From positions 1-61,532 of the forward strand of contig CADBBQ010000005.1 of the NCBI GenBank assembly GCA_902793005.1: a DNA stretch of 61,532 nucleotides. Direction: 5' to 3'. Positions 54,745 to 61,532 of the stretch are shown here, piece after piece. A program made the position numbers and the translations under genes. The stretch's first letter is position 1, and each line of letters opens with the position of its first letter. The DNA comes from an uncultured Pseudomonadota bacterium (GTDB taxonomy: Bacteria; Pseudomonadota; Alphaproteobacteria; Rs-D84). The notes beneath the pieces were generated by a model. That model made no database searches, was not told the DNA's origin, and was given only the letters and a program-made list of their open reading frames with translations.

Positions 54745-56925
54745 ATGAAATTCAAAAATATCGCATTGTTTTTGTGTGTTGTGCCAATTGCCTGTTGGGC
54801 GGCAGACCGGACAACAAACAGTGGCGCACGTGTTGGTATGCGGCCAATGGTTGCAACAACGGTGCGGTCAATGCCTGGGGCCACGGGAAAAGCGACTGCG
54901 CCGGTGGTGGAACAACGTGCGTCCAGTGCCGCAATTGTCGCAAATAATGATGGGGGGGCGGATGTTGCCGTTGATGAAACCGCTGCAACAGTAGAAAAAA
55001 CACCGGAAAATTGTCGTGATGCATATCGGCAATGTATGGATGATTTTTGCTTGCTGGATGAAACCGAGGGTGGCAGATGTGCGTGTTCGGATAATATTTC
55101 ACGGTCAAAAAAATTAATTTTGGAAATTCAAAAAATCCAAACCGAGGCTGATGATTTATACACAACTGGTGTTGAACGCGAAAAATTGGGTGCGCGTGCA
55201 AAGTTGGTTTTTGGTGAATCTGATGCGGCCAAGAAAAATAAATCCGGAATTGATTTTTCGGCGTGGTTGAATTTGGATGATGCGGATGATGGCGAATTAT
55301 CAGAAGATGTTGATATCGGACAAAATCTGTATGCAATGGCGGCGGATGCGTGTCGGGCAGAATTGGCGGCGTGTGGTGCAAAATCTGGGGCCGAAGAAAC
55401 TTTGTATTCGCGTATGATTGTTGCGGATTGTAAATCGTTTGATACATATTTATCTGACCAGAAACGTGATGCGACGGCGAATAAAAAAACGGCCGAGGCG
55501 GCTGTGCGTGCGGCGCGTTTGGAAATGTTGGATACAACAAATAAATACAATCGTGGGGAATGCTTGCTGGCGTTTCGTTCGTGTGTTGCGGACAAGGGCG
55601 GTTGTGGTGTGAATTTTGAAAACTGTTTGGATGCGGGATTGTTGTCGCGTCGTGCAAATGCGTGCGAAGATGTGTTGGATCAATGTATGGCGGTGCGTCG
55701 TGATGTGTTAAAAGATTGGGATGACGAATCTGTTTTGATTTTAAAGGATGCTGAAAAATATGCGGATAGAAACAGCCGCGCAATGTGTTTGGCGAAAATT
55801 CAGAACTGTTTGGAAGAGGGGTGTTCGACATCCACAAATTCTGCGTGTTTAACCGATGTAAATGTGGCGGCGGGAATTTGTCCGGTTATTACAGATTGTG
55901 AAGAAAAGATTCCTGGAATACAAAGTGTGATAAATGATAAATTGGCATATCTGCAAACGAAATTTTGTGAAAATGATTTGGATGCCTGTTTAAAAGACAG
56001 ATGTGGTGTTGATTTCACAAAACCGGAATGTGTTGGCAAGGGCGCGACCGATATTGCAAAATTGTGTCCCCAAGATATGTTCCCGTCTTGCAAAGGTGCA
56101 AGTCAGTACCAAGTTTTGGTGAATGCGGCAATGATGAAAATGGATTATCAATTGTTGACGGGGTGCATAAATCAATTTGCGGAAAAATTGACTAACGTTT
56201 GTGGAACCGATATGGCGTGCATTTCGCCCGCAGAATTATTGGATGGTATTGATACCAGCAAATGGGTTGATGTAAATTCATTGATTGGCAAGGTTGATGC
56301 GTCATCACGTGCGGCGGTGGATAAATTCTTTACAGATTTTGAGCGTGATTTAACTTTGTCGGCGTGTCAAGATGTGTACGGCAAAAGCAATACTAAATTG
56401 AAAAATCGTATCAGTATGATTGACGGGGTGAATACAACGGCGAAAATGATTGCATACCGTGAGGCAAAAAATCGCGCCTTGCGCGAACTGTCGTCGATAA
56501 TGGATGATTTGAAACAAAAAGAAGAAACAAATCGCAATCATAAATATTGCCTGGCTAAATATAAAGAAGAACAAAAACCGGATGCGGACGGTGCAATCAG
56601 TTATATTCGCAGTGTTTCATACGAACCCGATTTGCGTAATTGCCACGTGTGTCGTGTGCAACGCGTGTGCGAAAAGGGCGGCGAGAGCAAAGCGACATCT
56701 GCATTGAAATCGGCGGCGGGCGGACTGTCGGCAGGTGCGGCGGCTGGAACAATGGTCAGCCCAGGTTGGGGCACGGCAATCGGTGCGGTAATCGGTGGTG
56801 TTGGTGCCGGTATTATGGGCGGTATATCCGGTGGCGAGGAAGAATTCTGCCAGGAATTGGAATCGTGCGAAGATATCAATGTGGGTAATATCACGGAAGA
56901 AATGCTGAACGATTTGTTAAAATAA
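54745..56925 (+). CDS. Exported cysteine-rich protein, family member F (726 aa) with C-terminal glycine-zipper segment
   Basis: Start ATG 54745 in the context GGAGAGAGAT-ATG. Signal peptide MKFKNIALFLCVVPIACWA, then ADRTT. Knot CRDAYRQCMDDFCLLDETEGGRCACSD. CGVNFENC. C-terminal GGLSAGAAAGTMVSPGWGTAIGAVIGGVGAGIMGGISGG. Confidence 0.85.
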   Translation: MKFKNIALFLCVVPIACWAADRTTNSGARVGMRPMVATTVRSMPGATGKATAPVVEQRASSAAIVANNDGGADVAVDETAATVEKTPENCRDAYRQCMDDFCLLDETEGGRCACSDNISRSKKLILEIQKIQTEADDLYTTGVEREKLGARAKLVFGESDAAKKNKSGIDFSAWLNLDDADDGELSEDVDIGQNLYAMAADACRAELAACGAKSGAEETLYSRMIVADCKSFDTYLSDQKRDATANKKTAEAAVRAARLEMLDTTNKYNRGECLLAFRSCVADKGGCGVNFENCLDAGLLSRRANACEDVLDQCMAVRRDVLKDWDDESVLILKDAEKYADRNSRAMCLAKIQNCLEEGCSTSTNSACLTDVNVAAGICPVITDCEEKIPGIQSVINDKLAYLQTKFCENDLDACLKDRCGVDFTKPECVGKGATDIAKLCPQDMFPSCKGASQYQVLVNAAMMKMDYQLLTGCINQFAEKLTNVCGTDMACISPAELLDGIDTSKWVDVNSLIGKVDASSRAAVDKFFTDFERDLTLSACQDVYGKSNTKLKNRISMIDGVNTTAKMIAYREAKNRALRELSSIMDDLKQKEETNRNHKYCLAKYKEEQKPDADGAISYIRSVSYEPDLRNCHVCRVQRVCEKGGESKATSALKSAAGGLSAGAAAGTMVSPGWGTAIGAVIGGVGAGIMGGISGGEEEFCQELESCEDINVGNITEEMLNDLLK

Positions 56926-56947
56926 ATTTTCATAGATGGAGAGAGAT

Positions 56948-59410
56948 ATGAAAAAGTTTTTGCGTTTTGGAATTTTTGTTGCGGCGGTGTTGGTTGCAAT
57001 GCCGGGGTGGTCGGCGACAACAAAATCTGCGTCTAAACAATCCGCAATTCAACAGGGAACCAAGGTTCGGGCGAAAACCGCGGCGGCGGGTGTGTATAAC
57101 CAGGAATGCTATGACGCGTATTATGGATGTATGGACCAGTTTTGTATTTTGGATAACGAAGACGGTGGGTCTTGTGCGTGCAGTGATAAAAACGCTGGCT
57201 ACGAGGCGAGATTAGAAAAAATCAAGGATACTTTGGCCGAGGCCGACAGATTACAGACTGAGGAAGTTGAACGTGTCCAGGCGGGCGCAAATGCCGATAT
57301 TATATTTAATGGTGTGCGCGAATATGATTCTAAAACAGGCGATGTTGCGAAAACATCAAAACAAAGTGCGGCGGAAAAACGCAAATCTTTGTTGGCAATG
57401 TGGGATGATGCGGGGGCGGATGACGATGTGTTTGATGATATCGAATCTATTGCCGATAAAACAGGTGATGCTTTGTTTGCGGCGGCGGATAATTTGTGTC
57501 GTGAACAAATCGATATGGATATGTGTTCCAAAGATTATACTTTGTTGAAACAAATGTATTCGCGGCAAATCGTGTCGGATTGTAAAGGTTTCGAAAACAG
57601 TATTGCAAAGCGCGAGGCCGAGGCGAAAACCGCGATGAATAATGCCAATGCGGCGGTGCGCAGTGCGTTAAAAGATTCTTTGGCGTCGGCGAATAAATAC
57701 GACCGTGGCGAATGTATGGTTGAATATAAAAAATGTATGCAAGGGCCAGATGCGTGTGGTGCCGATTGGGCAAATTGCGTGTTCACAATCGCGGGTGAAA
57801 ATATGCAAAATAATCAGGCAACCAGTACCGCAAAAACCAAGGTTAAAAAAACTGTCACATATGATATCACCGATTCAACAATGGAAATTTTGGAATCAAA
57901 ACGTTATATCTGTGAACGCGTGTTAGATCAATGCGTTGCGGTGCGTGATAATGTGTGGAACGACTTTTTACGCGAAGCCGCACCAACAATTAAATTGGCG
58001 GAAAGTAAAATTGAATCAAAAAAACGTCAATCTTGTTTAACCGATATTTCAAATTGTATTCAAAAGGCGTGCAAAGATGATATTGCCGGTAAAGGCAAGG
58101 ACACTATGGATGCGTGTTTGGCACGTCCCGATATGGCACGCAGTTTCTGTAAAGTTGAAATCGATCCGTGCGAACGGATGGAACCGCAAATTTGGGCGTA
58201 CGTCAAAGATAAATTGGCGGCGATGCGAGTGGACGCGTGTACCGCCGAGGTCAAAGATTGCTTTACCGATGAAAATCGTTGCGGCGAAAATTTCCAGAAC
58301 TGTATAGGTATGGATTACGCATATATTCACGATATTTGCCCAATCGATAAATTGGTTGTTTGCAAACAGGCGAATCCAAAGTTTTCTATGGACGATTTGG
58401 ATTCTATGTTGATGGGATTGTATTTGAATATTGATAATTCTGCGTTGGAAACGTGTCAGAATCTGGTTGAAGAAAAAATGACTGAGGTTTGTGGTTCAAC
58501 CACCGATTGTAATAAGTTCGCAGCCGATGACACAATGGGAACGGGTTCGTTGCGTTCGCAAAAATCTGGAAACACATATCGTGTGACAGGTATGATATCG
58601 TTTGGTTCAATCAAGATGGGCGAAGCGTCCAGTAATGTGACAGACGGCGAAGACAAATTGGCACCTGGGGAAATTGGTGTTGCTGATTATATTGCGTCTG
58701 TGCGGACACGTTTCGCAAATGAACCAGATGCAGATGCGATTATCCCAACAATCGAAGAAGAATTGAATAATATCGCAGGCACAATCAATAGAACAATCGA
58801 AATGATTGAACAAGATCCAAAGATTCAATTTTGTATCACTGGGCGCAATTTGGAACAGATAACTGGTAAAAAAGAAAAAACATCTGCACGTTTTCCAAAT
58901 TTATTAAACCAGGTTAAAATGGAAATCGCAATTGCGGCATTGCGCCAGGCCCAAGATAATTATAATAAAAAATTTACAACCCAAGTTGCCGAGGCAACCA
59001 AAAACGCATCGGCTGATTTGGCACAATATATGTGTCAAAAGATTGGAACATTGGGAAATACTGGTGTTGGCGGTATTGCCCCCCAAGAACCATTGACACC
59101 ACCATACGCAATCAGTTATGACGTTGCCGCCGGTGTGAATAATGCTGATTTGACCAAGGGTGGTAATGGAACGGCCAGTTGGTTGAATAAATTAAAAAGT
59201 GGTAATTCCAGTTCTTCGGCAGGTGGTTTGACCAAGACATCAAATGCGGTGTTTAATCGTGATACGCGTATATGTCATTATTGCTCATCGACAACAACAC
59301 AAAATTGCAGCACCAAAGGTGGTAGTTATGTGTGGGGATTGGTTGATACCCGTAAAACTGTTTGCGATGATCCAAAAACCACAGAAAAATGCGAAGATAT
59401 TCAGATGTAG
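56948..59410 (+). CDS. Exported cysteine-rich protein, family member G (820 aa)
   Basis: Start ATG 56948 in the same GGAGAGAGAT-ATG context. Signal peptide MKKFLRFGIFVAAVLVAMPGWSA. Knot CYDAYYGCMDQFCILDNEDGGSCACSD. CGADWANC and CGENFQNC. Colinear with member A. Confidence 0.85.
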   Translation: MKKFLRFGIFVAAVLVAMPGWSATTKSASKQSAIQQGTKVRAKTAAAGVYNQECYDAYYGCMDQFCILDNEDGGSCACSDKNAGYEARLEKIKDTLAEADRLQTEEVERVQAGANADIIFNGVREYDSKTGDVAKTSKQSAAEKRKSLLAMWDDAGADDDVFDDIESIADKTGDALFAAADNLCREQIDMDMCSKDYTLLKQMYSRQIVSDCKGFENSIAKREAEAKTAMNNANAAVRSALKDSLASANKYDRGECMVEYKKCMQGPDACGADWANCVFTIAGENMQNNQATSTAKTKVKKTVTYDITDSTMEILESKRYICERVLDQCVAVRDNVWNDFLREAAPTIKLAESKIESKKRQSCLTDISNCIQKACKDDIAGKGKDTMDACLARPDMARSFCKVEIDPCERMEPQIWAYVKDKLAAMRVDACTAEVKDCFTDENRCGENFQNCIGMDYAYIHDICPIDKLVVCKQANPKFSMDDLDSMLMGLYLNIDNSALETCQNLVEEKMTEVCGSTTDCNKFAADDTMGTGSLRSQKSGNTYRVTGMISFGSIKMGEASSNVTDGEDKLAPGEIGVADYIASVRTRFANEPDADAIIPTIEEELNNIAGTINRTIEMIEQDPKIQFCITGRNLEQITGKKEKTSARFPNLLNQVKMEIAIAALRQAQDNYNKKFTTQVAEATKNASADLAQYMCQKIGTLGNTGVGGIAPQEPLTPPYAISYDVAAGVNNADLTKGGNGTASWLNKLKSGNSSSSAGGLTKTSNAVFNRDTRICHYCSSTTTQNCSTKGGSYVWGLVDTRKTVCDDPKTTEKCEDIQM

Positions 59411-59423
59411 GGGGTAGGTTGAT

Positions 59424-60338
59424 ATGGATAATATGAACGAGGTTGTTGCGGCAGATATTCAAAATAAATTGCAACATATGGCGGATGTTCAACACGAATT
59501 GGTGACAACGCCGCCCGAAACACCTGAACAATGGCAAAATTTAATTCAAAGTATGTTGGGTGGCGCAATTGATTTTTGTTTGAAACTGATTGCGGCGGTT
59601 GCCATTTTATGGGCCGGGATGTGGATTGCAAAACGCATAACCCGTTCTGTTAAATTCGCAATGGAACGGCGTGAATTGGAACCGTCGTTGGTGACGTTTA
59701 TTTCTTCGTTTATAAATATTTTATTGCGTATTTTTGTTATCATTATCGTTTTGACAACGGTCGGCGTGCAAATGACATCTATTGTTGCGGTATTGGGCGC
59801 GGGCGCGTTGGCGGTTGGTATGGCTCTGTCTGGGACTTTCCAGAATTTCGCCGGTGGTATAATTATTTTGTTTTTAAAACCATTTAAAGTTGGTGATGTG
59901 ATTCAAACTGCATCGGGGCGGATGGGCACGGTTAAAAAAATTATGATTTTTACAACCGAATTACATACTTTTGATAATCAGGTTGTTTTTATTCCAAATG
60001 GCCCATTGGCAAATGGTGAAATTATAAATTTGTCTGATACGCCAAATCGTCGTGCCGAAATTCAAATTGCAATTTCGTATGGTGATAATGTTGATGCCGC
60101 GCGCAAAGTTATTTTGTCTGTATTATCCAAAGATAAACGCGTGATGAAAACACCGGCACCGGTTGTATTTGTGTCGGATTTGGGCGACAGTGCGGTTGTG
60201 TTATCGGTGCGGTATTGGACAAAATTTGCCGATAATTTTGATTCCCAGGGTGACCTGCGCGAGGCGTTATATCGCGAATTGCCAAAGAAAAAAATACATT
60301 TTCCATTTCCACAAATGGATGTGCATATTCAAAAATAA
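59424..60338 (+). CDS. mscS: Small-conductance mechanosensitive channel (MscS family)
   Basis: 304 aa. Three TM segments, then FQNFAGGIIILFLKPFKVGDVIQ and ..TTELHTFDNQVVFIPN. Confidence 0.88.
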   Translation: MDNMNEVVAADIQNKLQHMADVQHELVTTPPETPEQWQNLIQSMLGGAIDFCLKLIAAVAILWAGMWIAKRITRSVKFAMERRELEPSLVTFISSFINILLRIFVIIIVLTTVGVQMTSIVAVLGAGALAVGMALSGTFQNFAGGIIILFLKPFKVGDVIQTASGRMGTVKKIMIFTTELHTFDNQVVFIPNGPLANGEIINLSDTPNRRAEIQIAISYGDNVDAARKVILSVLSKDKRVMKTPAPVVFVSDLGDSAVVLSVRYWTKFADNFDSQGDLREALYRELPKKKIHFPFPQMDVHIQK

Positions 60339-60366
60339 AAATGCCCGTTTGGGCATTTTTATTTTT
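60337..60366 (+). terminator. Rho-independent terminator after mscS
   Basis: AAAATGCCC-GTTT-GGGCATTTT followed by a T-run. Confidence 0.8.
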
Positions 60367-60448
60367 GCCAATCAATCCTATATGAACTGTGGGGGTGGGG
60401 CGGTATAATTTGTTTGCGTAAATGAAATTTTAACCAAATGGAGAGCAT

Positions 60449-60850
60449 ATGAAAAAAATTTACACTGTCGCAATGTTGTCTGCGTTGGTTGCCGGAAATG
60501 CTTTGGCGGGACCGGGAATGCACAGCAATAAAAATAATAATGGGATGAATTCTGTTACAATTACAACAATGGTTGAACCGGTTGTTGATGAAATTGTGAC
60601 GGTCGAACAAATCCCAGTGATGCGTGATAACCAAAATGTCGTTATGACGGGATATATTGTTGAAAACTTGGGGGATGAAATGTATATTTTCCAAGATTCA
60701 ACCGGCACAATTCATATTGAAATCGAACCTGTGATTTTGGGCGAAATGGTTATCGTTCCAAATACAAAAATGAAAATCAAAGGCGAAATCGATAAAGGCG
60801 AAAATGGCGAGCCAGATGTTATCGAGGTCGATTATATTACAACTATGTAA
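60449..60850 (+). CDS. YgiW/YdeI-type OB-fold (BOF) periplasmic protein
   Basis: 133 aa. Signal peptide MKKIYTVAMLSALVAGNALA. TVEQI....DNQNVVMTGYIVENLGDEMYIFQDSTGTIHIEIE fits the BOF pattern. Confidence 0.7.
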   Translation: MKKIYTVAMLSALVAGNALAGPGMHSNKNNNGMNSVTITTMVEPVVDEIVTVEQIPVMRDNQNVVMTGYIVENLGDEMYIFQDSTGTIHIEIEPVILGEMVIVPNTKMKIKGEIDKGENGEPDVIEVDYITTM

Positions 60851-60876
60851 ATTTTCGTTTGTTTTATGTATTGTGG

Positions 60877-60906
60877 CGCCCTGGGGAAAACCGGGGCGTT
60901 TTTTCT
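60877..60906 (+). terminator. Rho-independent terminator
   Basis: CGCCC..GGGCG stem followed by TTTTTTC. Confidence 0.55.
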
Positions 60907-60918
60907 TATAAATTTTAC

Positions 60919-60948
60919 TTGATAGAACGGTTGTTTCTTTGATAAAAT
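60919..60948 (+). promoter_or_regulatory. Extended -10 promoter with no obvious downstream CDS
   Basis: TTGATA-18 nt-TAAAAT, with a TG motif (TGATAAAAT). Confidence 0.4.
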
Positions 60949-60954
60949 AGTGAT

Positions 60955-61183
60955 GAATCTAATTGGGAATTGGGTTCGGGGCTGTGATAAGCTTTTGTAT
61001 GTTCGGCATAATTCGTGGCATTTGGGGGCGTATTTGTATGCAAGGTGTCACGATTATGTCGTTATTTTTTATACACATTTTTATAGATTGGGGTGCCGTT
61101 GGTGTATAAAATACTGATTCGTTCTGGAAGATCAACGGAGTCAAAGCATACTGATTTATCAACACCCCAACCGCTTTTTTTTC
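60955..61183 (+). ncRNA. Candidate non-coding transcript 1
   Basis: It lies between the promoter at 60919-60948 and a T8 run at 61174-61182. Nested helices GGGGTG-CCGTTG (61090-61101) pair with CAACGG (61133-61138) and CACCCC (61163-61168). There is no convincing ORF. Confidence 0.3.
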
Positions 61184-61254
61184 ATCCGCTTGCGCTGGCG
61201 CTACAGCGAGATTTCTGTTTTCAAAGTGTGTTAAATGAATTATTAAAAATAAAT

Positions 61255-61283
61255 TTGCAAATGCGTTGATTATCCGTTAAAAT
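61255..61283 (+). promoter_or_regulatory. Sigma70-like promoter
   Basis: TTGCAA-17 nt-TAAAAT. Confidence 0.45.
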
Positions 61284-61290
61284 ATAATTG

Positions 61291-61447
61291 CATTGGTGTG
61301 TTGCCAGTGTGGGACAAGAAAACCCTTAAAGATATAACTCCGCCACTATGTGGTTGGAGGGTTGCGAATATATCGAATAAGCGACGCTACTTTATATCTT
61401 TGTAGTTTTCTTGCCTCCAACCGCGCTTTTTTCCGCGGTATTTTTAT
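61291..61447 (+). ncRNA. Candidate structured RNA 2 (riboswitch- or sRNA-like) with its own terminator
   Basis: CAAGAAAAC (61315-61323) pairs with GTTTTCTTG (61405-61413). AAAGATATAA (61328-61337) pairs with TTATATCTTT (61392-61401). There is an internal hairpin CTCCGCCAC-TAT-GTGGTTGGAG. GGTTGGAGG (61352-61360) can alternatively pair with CCTCCAACC (61414-61422), which overlaps the terminator ACCGCG-CTTTTTTC-CGCGGT followed by ATTTTT. Confidence 0.45.
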
Positions 61448-61448
61448 A

Positions 61449-61492
61449 TCAAAGTTCAAAGTGCAAAGTTCAAAGTTCAGTTGTGGAAAATA
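61449..61492. repeat. (CAAAGTT)n heptamer element
   Basis: ATCAAAGTTCAAAGTGCAAAGTTCAAAGTTCAGTTGTGGAAAA is homologous to 17927-17983. Confidence 0.85.
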
Positions 61493-61532
61493 ATTATTTA
61501 TTATCGGACATTCCCCGTCTTTTCTTGCGTAG

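Noticed and set aside
54752-55837. A 361-aa minus-strand ORF, the longest unexplained ORF in the track
   Set aside because: It lies entirely antisense to cysteine-rich family member F. Its product is His/Pro/Thr-rich low-complexity sequence. It has no RBS and no recognisable motif. It is an artefact of the stop-poor antisense frame.
61291-61447. Assignment of the structured RNA to the purine or cobalamin riboswitch classes, prompted by the AU-rich P1 helix and a GCCACTA string
   Set aside because: The conserved cores are absent: UCUACC and CCGUAAA for purine, and the full B12 box with its surrounding helices for cobalamin. The RNA is left unclassified.

Overview
AT-rich bacterial chromosomal segment. 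All product calls come from motif recognition by eye, because no database search was possible. A CcrM-type methyltransferase and the order secY-rpsM-rpsK-rpoA-rplQ without rpsD suggest an alphaproteobacterial lineage; this is an inference. Positions 1-10.7 kb hold the S10/spc/alpha ribosomal-protein cluster (rpsC' to rplQ). The cluster lacks adk and carries an exported-protein gene inserted between rpsK and rpoA. The rest mixes core genes with three tRNAs (Leu-CAA, Ala-UGC, Gln-CUG). The core genes are rpmB, eno, an N-domain-less clpB, rpsU, ccrM, nrdR, slt, rnhB, pgk, clpP, clpX, infA and mscS. The most striking content is an expanded family of large signal-peptide-bearing cysteine-rich proteins. 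Six members share C-x6-C-x4/6-C-G-x-[DN]-[FYW]-x2-C modules and occupy about 20% of the window. Two further Cys-rich exported proteins bring this to about 27%. The family sits in two loci (10.8-20.7 kb and 51.8-59.4 kb). I cannot assign it to any named family from memory. Glycine-zipper segments recur in these proteins, in an exported trypsin-like protease, and in an ankyrin/subtilase-like/beta-barrel protein. Other notable signals: (1) a roughly 94-103 nt intergenic element whose stem arms covary around a conserved loop, with one copy upstream of rplQ and a tandem array upstream of rpmB; (2) a conserved structured element fused to the 3' CCA of two tRNAs, one copy carrying a GIY-YIG gene and flanked by duplicated tRNA 3' ends; (3) (CAAAGTT)n elements next to gene ends; (4) a single in-frame TAG inside an otherwise intact slt gene; (5) no TGA stop codon in any of 63 called CDS; (6) a zeta-toxin-like kinase paired with an ACP-like protein; (7) two promoter-to-terminator candidate ncRNAs at the 3' end of the window. 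No CRISPR array, rRNA or clear transposase or integrase was seen.
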